A stretch of 64,000 bases of DNA from an uncultured bacterium (lineage in GTDB: Bacteria > Margulisbacteria > WOR-1 > CAVSGV01): contig CAVSGV010000006.1 in the NCBI GenBank assembly GCA_963727815.1, forward strand, positions 336,851 to 400,850, read 5' to 3'. The stretch's first letter is position 1; each line of letters begins with the position of its first letter. A model generated the notes under the pieces. It had not been told where the DNA came from, searched no databases, and saw only the letters and a program-made list of their open reading frames with translations. Position numbers and translations under genes: made by a program. Positions 22,383 to 32,384 of this stretch are shown in pieces.

Positions 22383-25378
22383 CAGGCGGCCTTTGCCAAT
22401 TTTACGGAGATTACCTTTGAGACGCCGGGTTCTTCCATCGTTATGCCGTACATCGTATCTGCTATTTCCATCGTTTGTTTGTTGTGCGTGATAAGCACGA
22501 CCTGGGTCGTCTTGGAGAATTCTTTCAACAGTTTCGCGTAGCGGTGGACGTTCGCTTCGTCCAGCGCAGCGTCCGCCTCGTCAAGGAGGCAGAAAGGCGA
22601 AGGATGCGTCTTGAGAAGAGCGAAGAGCAAGGCTATCGCAGTCAACGCCCTTTCTCCGCCCGACATTACTGAGAGGTTCAGCCATCTCTTTCCGCCGGGC
22701 TTGGCTACAATCTCTATCCCGCCTTCGAGTATGTCTTCTCCCTCCGGCACTTCAAGCTTCGCTTCTCCGCCTTCGAAGAGCGTCGCGAAAATTTCCGAGA
22801 AATTCTTGTTGATGATCTTCAGCGTCTCTATGAAATCCTCTCTGGCCTTCGCGTCAAGCTCTTTGATGAGATTCGAGAGGTTCTCCCTCGCGAGAACAAG
22901 ATCATTGTACTGCGTATCAATAAAGTTATATCTCTCTTTTGCCTTTTCGAATTCTTCGGTGGCCAGCAGGTTCACGGGACCAAGATCGGCGATGGCTTTC
23001 CTGTAGCCCTCCGCTTCTTCCCTGGCTTTCATGGCGGCGGGGATATCGAAGTCGCTCGCCAGGATGTTCTCCACGGTCATGCCGTATTCGTTCAACATCT
23101 TTTCGCTTAAGGCGGCGAGCTCGCCGTCCAGCTTCGCCATCGAAACTTCTTCCTTCGCTAAAGCGTCCCTTATTACCCTGTCGTCGCTGGTGCCGCCGGC
23201 AAGTTTCTTTTCAAGAGCGTCGATGTCCGACTCAAGCGAAGTCCTCTGCTTAAGCAGGGATTCCATCCTGGAGTTAAGGGTTTTTTCTTCCTGAGTTAGC
23301 TTCGGGAGCGATTCTTCCAGTTCCTTTATCTGCTTCAGAGACTGGATAAGCTTCTCTTCCATTTCTTCGCGGTTCCTGGAGTTAAGGAATTCTTCCATGG
23401 AACTCAGGTCTATCTTTATCTTGTCGAGTTCGAAGCTTTTGTTGGCATATGTTGAATCTGCCGCCGTGAACGATGATTTCGTTTCCGCGTAATCCGACAG
23501 CATCGATTCTTTTTCGGCGACGATCCCGCTTATCTTCGAATTGAGAGAAGCCAGATCATCGTTGAGCGCTTTTGCCTCAATTTCCAGAGTGGAAATGCCG
23601 GAAGAAAGCGAGTCCTTCTTTGCGGCGATGTCCCCGAGTTCTTTCTGTCTCGCCGCCAGGCTCCTGCGCGTAAGCTCGATCTCCTCGGAAAGGTTCTTCA
23701 ATTCCTCATCCTTTGACTGCGCTTCGTGGTTTACCTTTGCCTGCGCGATCAGCGTTTCTATCTCTCTCTCCTTGGCGATGACGTTCCTCACCTTGTCCTT
23801 CAGCGTTCCGCCCGTCACTGTCCCGCCGGAGAGTATCGTCTCATTGTTCAGGGTGACGTTCTTTATCTTGATGTCGGCTCCGTAAGAAATTTCCATTCCC
23901 ACTTCAGCCTTCGACGAGCCGAGGATCTTTGCGAAGGCTCCGTGGACGCCTCCGAACGATGCCTGCAGAGTTTCCGTCGTCGCGTCGCCTGCCTGCGACA
24001 TCAGCTCTTCCTTGTCCTTCAGCTTGCCTTCCAGAGTCGTCGATTCGCTCTTAAGATGAGCGATCTTTACCGTCAGCTCCGCTTTTTCTTTTTCCAGTCG
24101 TACTATCAGGGTCTCGTCGTGGCGCGCTTCCTCTTTTGCCAGCCTAAGGTTGCTCTCAAGCTCGATGAGCCTGTTGCGCTCTCCGGAAAGCACGCCTTCC
24201 TTATCAAGTATGTTGGACTTCAGCTCGTTCAGCTCTTTCTCAAGCGATTCCTGCGCGCTCCTGATGCCCGCGACTTTTTCTTCCGCAGCGGCCAGTTCTT
24301 TCGACGCCTTGTCCCGCAGTTTCTGCGAAGCGTCAAGTTCAACGGCGAGTTCTTTCTCTTTTTCTTTCAGCGAGCCCACTTTCGACGAAAAATTCTCATG
24401 CTGGATCTTCGCCTCGGTGATGCGCTCTTCCAGGTTCTTCTGTTTTTCTTTTTCGAGAAGGATGGAACTCTTGTTCTCCTCGAAAGAAAGCTTCGCCTGG
24501 CTTATTGCAAGCCTCATGCCTTCAATGTCGCCGTTGAGGGAGCGCAGAGAATCTTTCTTCGCGTTCTTTTCGTTCTCCAGCTGCTGGGTCATGTTAAGGC
24601 CGAGTTCCATCTGCGACTTCAGCGCCGCTATCTTTTCATCGACGGTCTTTTTCTTTTCCATTATCGCGTTGATCTGCCGCTTCGACAGGCCCACTTCAAG
24701 CGTCTTCAGTTTTTCCTTCAGCTCCTTGAATTCCCCGGCGCGCTTTGCCTGCTCCTCCAGAACGGAGAGTTGATTCGATATCTCGCTCTTAAGATCCGCT
24801 ATCCTCAGCATGTTCTGTTCGGTGGAGATCAGTTTCCTTTCTGCGGCGGTCTTCCTGAACTTGTATTTGTTTATCTTCGCGGCTTCCTCGAATATTTCCC
24901 TGCGGTCTTCCGGTTTGGACGAGAGGATGGAATCAACCTGCCCTTGGCTGATGATCGAATACGATCCTGCGCCGAGGCCGGTGTCCAGGAACATGTCTTT
25001 GATGTCTTTGAGCCTGCAGTTTGCCTTGTTGATGGAGAATTCGCTCTCGCCGGAGCGGAACGTTCTGCGCCGGACGCAGAGCTCCCCGAATTCCGTTTTT
25101 ATCTTGTTGTCGGTGTTGTCCAGGTCGATGGAGACTTCGGCAAGCGAGAGGGGTTTCCGTGCGGTCGATCCGGCGAAAATGACTTCCTCGAGCGCAGAAC
25201 TTCTAAGTTCTTTAGGATTCTGCTCTCCAAGGACCCACCGGATCGCGTCAACCAAGTTACTTTTTCCGCAACCATTGGGTCCGACAATAGCTGTTACGCT
25301 CCCGGGAGGATTGAATTCAATTACGGTCTTATCCGCAAAAGTCTTGAATCCCCGCAGGGAGAGGTTTTTAAGGTACAA
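22382..25378 (-). CDS. smc: Chromosome segregation protein SMC (998 aa, shortened hinge)
   Basis: TTG start after SD GGAGGAGG; LRGFKTF, GPNGCGKSN, ISQG, MSGGE, LLDEADAALD, ITH; long coiled coils. Confidence 0.93.
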   Translation of the reverse strand: MYLKNLSLRGFKTFADKTVIEFNPPGSVTAIVGPNGCGKSNLVDAIRWVLGEQNPKELRSSALEEVIFAGSTARKPLSLAEVSIDLDNTDNKIKTEFGELCVRRRTFRSGESEFSINKANCRLKDIKDMFLDTGLGAGSYSIISQGQVDSILSSKPEDRREIFEEAAKINKYKFRKTAAERKLISTEQNMLRIADLKSEISNQLSVLEEQAKRAGEFKELKEKLKTLEVGLSKRQINAIMEKKKTVDEKIAALKSQMELGLNMTQQLENEKNAKKDSLRSLNGDIEGMRLAISQAKLSFEENKSSILLEKEKQKNLEERITEAKIQHENFSSKVGSLKEKEKELAVELDASQKLRDKASKELAAAEEKVAGIRSAQESLEKELNELKSNILDKEGVLSGERNRLIELESNLRLAKEEARHDETLIVRLEKEKAELTVKIAHLKSESTTLEGKLKDKEELMSQAGDATTETLQASFGGVHGAFAKILGSSKAEVGMEISYGADIKIKNVTLNNETILSGGTVTGGTLKDKVRNVIAKEREIETLIAQAKVNHEAQSKDEELKNLSEEIELTRRSLAARQKELGDIAAKKDSLSSGISTLEIEAKALNDDLASLNSKISGIVAEKESMLSDYAETKSSFTAADSTYANKSFELDKIKIDLSSMEEFLNSRNREEMEEKLIQSLKQIKELEESLPKLTQEEKTLNSRMESLLKQRTSLESDIDALEKKLAGGTSDDRVIRDALAKEEVSMAKLDGELAALSEKMLNEYGMTVENILASDFDIPAAMKAREEAEGYRKAIADLGPVNLLATEEFEKAKERYNFIDTQYNDLVLARENLSNLIKELDAKAREDFIETLKIINKNFSEIFATLFEGGEAKLEVPEGEDILEGGIEIVAKPGGKRWLNLSVMSGGERALTAIALLFALLKTHPSPFCLLDEADAALDEANVHRYAKLLKEFSKTTQVVLITHNKQTMEIADTMYGITMEEPGVSKVISVKLAKAA

Positions 25379-25399
25379 TGTACCTCCTCCGTTTTCGGC

Positions 25400-25428
25400 A
25401 TAATACCAGAGAAATCCGGGAAAGTCAA
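25400..25428 (-). promoter_or_regulatory. Sigma70-like promoter for smc (TTGACT-17-TATTAT, extended -10)
   Basis: Minus strand reads ttgact ttcccggatttctctgg tattat upstream of the SD. Confidence 0.55.
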
Positions 25429-25435
25429 CGAAAAC

Positions 25436-25498
25436 AAATCCCAAATCCCACCCCCCAAATCCCAAATTTTGGGATTTGGAATTTGGTCATTGGGATTT
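25436..25498. repeat. Heptamer (AAATCCC/GGGATTT) tandem-repeat hairpin
   Basis: aaatcccaaatcccaccccccaaatcccaaat followed by tttgggatttggaatttggtcattgggattt, between divergent smc and rpsF. Confidence 0.85.
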
Positions 25499-25587
25499 TC
25501 GAACGATAGCCAGAATCATATGTTGCCAAAGATATGAGGCCTGTGCTATACTTCTCCGCTGTTCCCTATAACAAGGAGGTTCTTATA

Positions 25588-25980
25588 TTGAAACCATATG
25601 AAGCGATAATAATATTCAATGCGGGCATCGCGGAGGACAAGATAGACGCGTCCGTAGCGAAGTTCGAGAAAAAAATAAAGGATGCAGGCGGCACCGACAT
25701 AGCCGTCAACAAGTGGGGAATGAAAAAGCTGGCATCGCCCATGAAGAAGGCGAAAAAATCGACGGACGGTTTCTATGTCCTCATTAATTTCAACGGCGAA
25801 GGAAAAACCCCGAACGAGCTTAAATCTCTGCTTAACGTTTCCGAAGAGATCATCAGATATTCCGTCATAGCGTCAAGACCCGAACGGGAAGAAGTAAAAG
25901 AGGAAAAGGTCGAGATAGAACCCTCGATGATCATTCCTCAGGCCGCGCCATACGGCGGGCAGGGAGACACACCCGCATAA
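25588..25980 (+). CDS. rpsF: 30S ribosomal protein S6
   Basis: TTG start after AAGGAGG; KPYEAIIIF, WGMKKLA, GFYVLINF, IIRY; rpsF-ssb-rpsR context. Confidence 0.93.
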   Translation: MKPYEAIIIFNAGIAEDKIDASVAKFEKKIKDAGGTDIAVNKWGMKKLASPMKKAKKSTDGFYVLINFNGEGKTPNELKSLLNVSEEIIRYSVIASRPEREEVKEEKVEIEPSMIIPQAAPYGGQGDTPA

Positions 25981-26406
25981 ATGGCTAACCTTAACCGCAT
26001 AATACTGATCGGGAACCTTACAAGCGATCCTGAAGTCCGCTTCACCGTGGAAGGCCTGCAGGTAGCCAAATTCCAGCTCTCGGTGGACAGGTTCGTCCAG
26101 GAAGGCGCCCCCAAACAGGTGGACCTCATCGACGTGGTCGCGTGGAGGAAACTTGCGGAGATAACCGGCCAGTACCTGAAAAAAGGCAAACCCGTCCTCG
26201 TTGAAGGACGCATCCAGGTGAGGACCTACGAGAACGAAGGCGGAGCGAGAAAATGGGCCACCGAAGTGGTAGCGCGCAGCATCAAGCTCCTTGGCGGCAT
26301 AGTGAAAGATACACCGGTAAGCAATGCCGGAACCGAGCACGCGCCGAGCGATGACGTTCCAGGAATAGAAGAGCTTCCTGAAGAAGAAAGCGACCTGCCT
26401 TTTTAA
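25981..26406 (+). CDS. ssb: Single-stranded DNA-binding protein, copy 1
   Basis: NRIILIGNLTSDPE, VVAWRKLAE, VEGRIQVRTY, acidic tail SDLPF. Confidence 0.95.
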   Translation: MANLNRIILIGNLTSDPEVRFTVEGLQVAKFQLSVDRFVQEGAPKQVDLIDVVAWRKLAEITGQYLKKGKPVLVEGRIQVRTYENEGGARKWATEVVARSIKLLGGIVKDTPVSNAGTEHAPSDDVPGIEELPEEESDLPF

Positions 26407-26437
26407 ATTAATAATTTAAAAGGAAAAAAGCAAAAAT

Positions 26438-26847
26438 ATGTATAACAAAGTATTTTTAATAGGAAATTTAACCAAGGACCCTGAACTCAGATATACTCCG
26501 AGCGGGATACCTGTGGTCCGTTTTACCGTTGCGGTGAACAGGCCGTCCGCGAAATCGGAAAAGAACGAAGTGGACTTTATCAACGTCGTCGCGTGGAGAA
26601 GGCTCGCGGAGATATGCGGCGAATACCTGAAAAAGGGAAGACCGGTCTCCATCGAGGGCAGGCTTCAGATAAGGCCTTACGAAAAGGACGGAGAAAAAAA
26701 GATTTCGCGGAAGTGGTGGCCGACGGCATGCAGATGCTGGGCAGGAGAGAAGGCGCGCCGGGACCGGCATCGGCTGGCACGACAGAGCCATCCACTGAAT
26801 CTCACGCTCCGGAGACGCCGGCGGGAGAAGACGAGATACCGTTTTAG
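26438..26847 (+). CDS. ssb: Single-stranded DNA-binding protein, copy 2 (frameshift at A-run near 26700)
   Basis: MYNKVFLIGNLTKDPELRYTPSG..., continuing in another frame FAEVVADGMQMLG...EDEIPF*. Confidence 0.9.
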
Positions 26848-26894
26848 TAAATCGAGGATCGAAAATAGTAAATAGTTAATAGGAGGGATCACAT

Positions 26895-27158
26895 TTGGGA
26901 AGAAAAGAAAGAGACAGCAAAAAAGACAACAAGGATGAAAGACCGCAGAGAAAGCGCAGGAAAAAGCCCTGCATTTTCTGCGTCGACAAGTTCATGCCCG
27001 ATTACAAAAAGATCGATCTTATGAGGAGGTTCGTGAACGAGAGAGGCAAGATACTTACGATGAGGTCATCCGGCTGCTGCGCAAGTCATCAGAGAGCGGT
27101 CGCCAAAGAGATAAAGAGGGCAAGACAGCTGGGATTCCTTCCGTACACGGTGGAATAA
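26895..27158 (+). CDS. rpsR: 30S ribosomal protein S18
   Basis: [35 protein letters not shown]. Confidence 0.96.
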   Translation: MGRKERDSKKDNKDERPQRKRRKKPCIFCVDKFMPDYKKIDLMRRFVNERGKILTMRSSGCCASHQRAVAKEIKRARQLGFLPYTVE

Positions 27159-27610
27159 TGAAGGTAATACTCCTCAAGGACGTAAGGGACATAGGGACCG
27201 CGGATACCGTGAAGCCGGTCTCGGACGGCTATGCCAGGAACTTCCTTCTCCCCAATAAGCTGGCTGTGGAAGCCACGAAACCCGCTCTGAAAGCGCTGGA
27301 GGAGAGATCAAAGATCAAAGCCGCCAACACCGAAAAAGAGATCGCCGCTCTCAAAGATATAGCTTCAAAGATCAGCGGCAGCGAGATCGCCATCGCAGTT
27401 GATATGGGCGAGAACGGAAAGCTCTTCGGGTCCGTCACCCACCAGGACATCGCGCAGAAAATAAAAGAATCCTTCGGCGTCGACATAGACAAGAAAAAGA
27501 TCGTACTCGACGAGCCGATAAAAGCGGCGGGCACTTTCAACGTTCCGGTGAAGCTGGGCCACGAAGTGATCGCTTCCGTGAAAGTAAATGTTTCCGCAAG
27601 CGCCAGATAA
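27158..27610 (+). CDS. rplI: 50S ribosomal protein L9
   Basis: [26 protein letters not shown]. Confidence 0.97.
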   Translation: MKVILLKDVRDIGTADTVKPVSDGYARNFLLPNKLAVEATKPALKALEERSKIKAANTEKEIAALKDIASKISGSEIAIAVDMGENGKLFGSVTHQDIAQKIKESFGVDIDKKKIVLDEPIKAAGTFNVPVKLGHEVIASVKVNVSASAR

Positions 27611-29165
27611 ACCAGGCGTCTACCTCATAAAGGACAAGTCCGGCAGGGTCATCTACGTTGGCAAAGCCATCTCGATAGCAAAAAGGATACCCGCGCATTT
27701 CCGTCCGGACTCGAAGCTCGCCGGCCACATAGCGGATGTCGACTACATCGTCACGACGAACGAGCTTGAAGCGCTGATACTTGAAGCGGTCCTCATAAAA
27801 AAATATCATCCAAGATACAACGTCCTTCTGCGCGACGACAAGCAGTATCCATACATAAAGCTGACAGTGAACGAGGAATATCCCCGCATCTTAATGGTCA
27901 GGAAGATCGAAGATGACGGAGCGAAATATTTCGGCCCGTTCATGAGCCAGACCGTCCGGGATATTTTCAAGATGATCAAAAGGCTTTTTCTTATCAGATG
28001 GTGCAAGGAATTCAAGAAAAGGACGCAGCCCTGTTTCTATTATCACATGGGAAAATGCCTTGGTCCCTGCGCGAACGAAGGATCGAAGGAAGAATACATG
28101 CGGAACGTGAAGGACGTGGAACTTTTCCTGGACGGCAAGTATGGGTCGGCCATAACAAAATTGAGAGCGGAAATGAAGACGGCATCGGAGAGCAGGGAAT
28201 ACGAAGTGGCGGCCAGGATCCGCGACAAGCTCAAACTCTTCGAGAAATTCAGCGAGGAGCAGAAGATCGTTACCTCGGACACGAAAGACAAGGACGTATT
28301 CTCTCTCGTTACCGGCGGCAATTCCGCTCTGGTGCTTATCCTCGAGATAAGGGGAGGGAAGCTCATCGGCAAGGATTCGTATTTCATCAAAGACGTCAAG
28401 ATCGATGCGGAAGACCTGCTCTCAAGCTCCGTGATCCAGTATTATTCTTCGGCGGCGTACATACCGGAAGAACTTATCATCAATGCCGGAAAGAAGAAAG
28501 ATATCCTTGAGAGCGTGCTGACAAAGCTCAGGAAAAGCAAAGCAAAGATAATCACGCCTACGTCCGGAACTCCGCTCGGCCTGTTCAAAATGGCCCAGGA
28601 GAACGCCGAATATAATTTTCAGCAGAGATTGAAATCAGAAGGCTACATATCTGACGCGCTGTTCGACCTGAAAGGATCGCTCGGATTGGAAGCGCTTCCA
28701 TACAGGATCGAGGCATTCGATATCTCCACCACCATGGGTATCGAGACCGTTGGTTCTATGGTGGCTTTCGAGGGCGGGCTTCCGTTCAGATCTGATTACA
28801 GGAAATTCAAGGTGGCGCCCGGAAGGAAAGCCAACAATGATGTGGCTGGCATAAGGAACATAGTAATGAGAAGGTTCACCGGCAAACTCAGCACGGAACT
28901 TTCAGCTCCCGATCTGGTTGTCATCGACGGCGGCATCGGACAACTTAACGCGGCGAGACCGTTCATTCCGAAAGGCACCGCTGTTCTCGGCCTCGCGAAA
29001 AAACTCGAAGAGATATATCTGCCCGGAAAGAGAACGCCCATACGCCTTAAGATGAGCTCCCCGGCTCTCAAGTTGCTGAGAAGGATAAGGGACGAGGCTC
29101 ACCGCTTTGCCATAACCTTCCACAGGAAAAGAAGAGCGAAAAGGATGTTCGAAGCGGATAGGTAA
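27588..29165 (+). CDS. uvrC: Excinuclease ABC subunit C (lacks the C-terminal HhH tail)
   Basis: PGVY..IYVGKA GIY-YIG motif, [42 protein letters not shown]. Confidence 0.95.
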   Translation: MFPQAPDKPGVYLIKDKSGRVIYVGKAISIAKRIPAHFRPDSKLAGHIADVDYIVTTNELEALILEAVLIKKYHPRYNVLLRDDKQYPYIKLTVNEEYPRILMVRKIEDDGAKYFGPFMSQTVRDIFKMIKRLFLIRWCKEFKKRTQPCFYYHMGKCLGPCANEGSKEEYMRNVKDVELFLDGKYGSAITKLRAEMKTASESREYEVAARIRDKLKLFEKFSEEQKIVTSDTKDKDVFSLVTGGNSALVLILEIRGGKLIGKDSYFIKDVKIDAEDLLSSSVIQYYSSAAYIPEELIINAGKKKDILESVLTKLRKSKAKIITPTSGTPLGLFKMAQENAEYNFQQRLKSEGYISDALFDLKGSLGLEALPYRIEAFDISTTMGIETVGSMVAFEGGLPFRSDYRKFKVAPGRKANNDVAGIRNIVMRRFTGKLSTELSAPDLVVIDGGIGQLNAARPFIPKGTAVLGLAKKLEEIYLPGKRTPIRLKMSSPALKLLRRIRDEAHRFAITFHRKRRAKRMFEADR

Positions 29166-29213
29166 GTATATTAATGTATATTTGCGTAAATTAGCGAGAT
29201 CCAGAATTCGCGA

Positions 29214-30362
29214 TCAGAGAGTGATCGCGATCTCTTTCTTTGCCCAGAGGTCTGCGGCGAGAATATCCTCCAGAGAAGGTTCCGCCGTGTTGAAATGCTT
29301 GTCCATCGCCTGCTTTACCAGAACGGCTATGTCAGTGAACTTGATCTTCCCCTCCATGAACATCTTCACCGCTTCGTTGTTCGCCGCGTTCAAGACCGCG
29401 GGCATCGTTCCGCCGCGTTTACCGGCAGCATAAGCGTAATCGAGGCACGGGAATTTTTCCCGGTCGGGCGCTTCGAACGTCAGCGCTCCGCATTTTGTTA
29501 TGTTCATCAGATCGAACTTGTTCAGCGCGCGCTCGCCCCTGAGCAGAGCGTATTGGATGGGAAGCCTCATGTCCGGAGCCGCCATCTGCGCTATCAATGA
29601 TCCATCCATGAATTCCACCATAGCGTGGATGACGCTCTGGGGATGAACTACAACTTCAATCTTCGAATAATCCAGCCCGAAAAGATGATGAGCCTCAATG
29701 ACCTCGAACCCCTTGTTCATCAGCGTGGCCGAGTCGATCGATATTTTCTTTCCCATGTTCCATCTGGGGTGGGAGAGGGCTTCATCGACGGTCACTCTCG
29801 CAAGCCTTTCCTTCGGCACCTCCCTGAACGGTCCGCCGGATGCCGTCAGGATCACTTTCTTCACCTTCGATATTTCTTCGCCCTTGAGGCACTGCATTAT
29901 TCCGGAGTGCTCGCTGTCGATGGGGACAAGCTCGACTTTCCTTTTCTCCACCTCGCGCATGATGATGTCGCCTGCCGCGACGAGAACTTCCTTGCTTGCC
30001 AGAGCGATGTTCTTTTTCTGCTTGATGGCTTCGAACGTGGGGATTATTCCCGCCGAGCCTGGTATCGCGACAACGACCGTATCAACGTCCTTGTGTGCCG
30101 CTATCTTTATCAGCCCTACCTGTCCCGAATAGACCACGGTCTGCGTCTTTCCAAGTTTTCTCTGGAGGAGTTCGGCGTTGGCCTCGGTATCGACAGAAAC
30201 TATCTTCGGGGAGAATTTCTTCACCTGTTCGGCCAGAAGGTTCAGGTTGTCCTTGGCGCACAGGCCTATGACCTTGAATTTGTTGGGGAATGCCGAAACT
30301 ACCTCAAGTGTCTGCTTTCCTATTGAGCCTGTCGAGCCCAGAATAGAGATGTTCTTTTTCAT
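29214..30362 (-). CDS. dxr: 1-deoxy-D-xylulose 5-phosphate reductoisomerase
   Basis: ILGSTGSIG, PIDSEH, LTASGGPF, HPRWNMGKKISIDSATLMNKG. Confidence 0.97.
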   Translation of the reverse strand: MKKNISILGSTGSIGKQTLEVVSAFPNKFKVIGLCAKDNLNLLAEQVKKFSPKIVSVDTEANAELLQRKLGKTQTVVYSGQVGLIKIAAHKDVDTVVVAIPGSAGIIPTFEAIKQKKNIALASKEVLVAAGDIIMREVEKRKVELVPIDSEHSGIMQCLKGEEISKVKKVILTASGGPFREVPKERLARVTVDEALSHPRWNMGKKISIDSATLMNKGFEVIEAHHLFGLDYSKIEVVVHPQSVIHAMVEFMDGSLIAQMAAPDMRLPIQYALLRGERALNKFDLMNITKCGALTFEAPDREKFPCLDYAYAAGKRGGTMPAVLNAANNEAVKMFMEGKIKFTDIAVLVKQAMDKHFNTAEPSLEDILAADLWAKKEIAITL

Positions 30363-30375
30363 GGAGCGGCGTCGC

Positions 30376-31374
30376 CTATTTTTTGGAGAGCCAGCTCATC
30401 ATTTTTCTGAGTTCTGCTCCGACTTTTTCTATTAAATGTCCCCTGTCCTTGTTCATCAGCGCGTTGTAAACGGGCCTTCCCGCCATGTTCTCAGTTATCC
30501 ATTCCTTGGCGAACGATCCGTTCTGAATGCGGTTCAGCGCGAACTGCATCCTGGCCTTAACGGAATCATCTATGATGTAAGGGCCCACTGTGATATCGCC
30601 GTACTTCGCTGTGGTGCTTATGCCGTCCCTCATTCCGGCGATCCCTCTCTCGTACATCAGATCTACGATCAGCTTCAATTCGTGCATGCATTCGAAATAT
30701 GCTATCTCCGGCTGGTAACCCGCGTTGACCAGCGTTTCGAATCCAGCCTTCACGAGCGATGTCGTTCCGCCGCAGAGCACGCACTGTTCTCCGAAAAGAT
30801 CTGTCTCCGTCTCTTCCTTGAACGTGGTCTCCAGGACGCCTGCTCTGGTCGCTCCTATGCCCTTTGAATATGCCAGCGCCGTCTCTTTCGCTTTTCCGGA
30901 AGCATCCTGCTGAACTGCGAATATCGCGGGAACGCCGCCGCCTTCTGTGAAAACTTTGCGCACCAGCGGGCCCGGTCCTTTCGGGGCCACCATTATGACG
31001 TCCACGTCTTTCGGCGGGACTATCTGGCCGAAGTGTATGGCAAAACCGTGAGAGAACATCAGCGTTTTGCCTTTTGTCATGAATTTTGCGATGGATTCTT
31101 TATAGGTCGCGGCCTGCATTTCATCGGGGATAAGCACCTGGATTATGTCAGCCGCCTTTGCCGCTTCTTCCACTTTCATAACGGTAAAGCCGTCCGCCTT
31201 CGCCTTGTCCCAGCTCTTGCTGCCGTCCCTCAGGCCAATTATCACCTTCAGCCCGCTGTCCTTCAGATTGTTCGATTGTCCGGCGCCCTGGCTTCCGTAG
31301 CCTAACACCGCTATTGTTTTATTTTTCAGCGCTCCAAGGTCCGCGTCCTTGTCATAATAAACTTTTGCTCCCAT
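30376..31374 (-). CDS. ilvC: Ketol-acid reductoisomerase
   Basis: [32 protein letters not shown]. Confidence 0.97.
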   Translation of the reverse strand: MGAKVYYDKDADLGALKNKTIAVLGYGSQGAGQSNNLKDSGLKVIIGLRDGSKSWDKAKADGFTVMKVEEAAKAADIIQVLIPDEMQAATYKESIAKFMTKGKTLMFSHGFAIHFGQIVPPKDVDVIMVAPKGPGPLVRKVFTEGGGVPAIFAVQQDASGKAKETALAYSKGIGATRAGVLETTFKEETETDLFGEQCVLCGGTTSLVKAGFETLVNAGYQPEIAYFECMHELKLIVDLMYERGIAGMRDGISTTAKYGDITVGPYIIDDSVKARMQFALNRIQNGSFAKEWITENMAGRPVYNALMNKDRGHLIEKVGAELRKMMSWLSKK

Positions 31375-31375
31375 T

Positions 31376-31831
31376 TTATTTGCCCCCTTTATGTTTCATG
31401 TTCAATCCGCACCAGAGATTCTCGCAGCTTGCGCATGCCGTGACGCCGTGCGCGTAAAACCAGCCCCAGAAGATCAAAATATATATCGCCGCAAGGACTA
31501 CGTCCTGATAATAAAGCAGGAACGGTACCGGGAAGAGCGCCAAGAGTATCCATGCGGAAGCGAGAATCGCGTCCTCGGGATCCAGCGGGCCTTCATGCCT
31601 TGCCTTAAAGAACCTCTTCGATATCAGCCCTCCGAAAATATAGCACTCCCTGCCGTAATAGACGCAGCGCGTGCAGTACAATCGGACGTGGGCAATTATA
31701 ACACAAACCGCAAAAATAAAGTAAACGTAGGGCAGCAGGTTGTTGTGGATGTAAAGCGCGACCGTTCCGAAAACTATGCTTACCGCCAGACCGGGAATGT
31801 TCACCATCCGGTTCAGGTCGCACTTATTCAT
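31376..31831 (-). CDS. Hypothetical four-TM membrane protein with two Cys clusters
   Basis: Hydrophobic helices; [11 protein letters not shown] and CASCENLWC; tightly coupled between ilvN and ilvC. Confidence 0.75.
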   Translation of the reverse strand: MNKCDLNRMVNIPGLAVSIVFGTVALYIHNNLLPYVYFIFAVCVIIAHVRLYCTRCVYYGRECYIFGGLISKRFFKARHEGPLDPEDAILASAWILLALFPVPFLLYYQDVVLAAIYILIFWGWFYAHGVTACASCENLWCGLNMKHKGGK

Positions 31832-32306
31832 TCGCACCCCGCTGCAGCGCCACTTTCCCTGTCCTTACCAGCTCCTTGATCCCGAATTTCTTAAGCAGTT
31901 TCTGTAACCCTTCGACCTTGCTTTCTTCGCCGGTCATCTCTATGGTCATCGCGCCTTCGGAAACGTCCACTATCCTTCCGCGGAAGATGTCCACTATCTG
32001 CATTATCTCCTGCCTGGTCTTTTCGGTGCTCGTCACCTTGATAAGAACGAGCTCGCGCTCAACGGCGACTTCCTTGGGGATATCGAACACCTTTATCACG
32101 TCGATCAACTTGTAGAGTTGTTTGGTTATCTGCTCAAGTACGTTGTCATCGCCGGAGGCGACTATCGTCATCCTTGATACCGATTCGTCTTCGGTAGTTC
32201 CCACGGCAAGGGATTCGATGTTGAATCCCCGCCTCGCGAAAAGCCCCGACACCCTTGATAGGACGCCCGGTTTATTTTCAACTAATACAGATATCGTGTG
32301 TTTCAT
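31824..32306 (-). CDS. ilvN: Acetolactate synthase small subunit
   Basis: MKHTISVLVENKPGVLSRVSGLFARRGFNIESL, ELVRTG. Confidence 0.96.
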   Translation of the reverse strand: MKHTISVLVENKPGVLSRVSGLFARRGFNIESLAVGTTEDESVSRMTIVASGDDNVLEQITKQLYKLIDVIKVFDIPKEVAVERELVLIKVTSTEKTRQEIMQIVDIFRGRIVDVSEGAMTIEMTGEESKVEGLQKLLKKFGIKELVRTGKVALQRGANE

Positions 32307-32330
32307 TACCTCACCCCAATTTATCTCAAA

Positions 32331-32384
32331 CCTTCACCCCTTGGTTCTTCCCCCTCTCCTATTAGGAGAGGGGCAGGGGTGAGG
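32331..32384. repeat. REP-like palindrome (CCTTCACCCC...CCCCTCTCCTATTAGGAGAGGGGCAGGGGTGAGG)
   Basis: Nested GC-rich stems between co-transcribed ilvB and ilvN, with no U-tract. Confidence 0.7.

Noticed and set aside
23726-25537. 603-aa plus-strand ORF and other long antisense ORFs (e.g. 57365-58726, 39795-40928)
   Set aside because: These are shadows of well-supported genes on the opposite strand and show no motifs.
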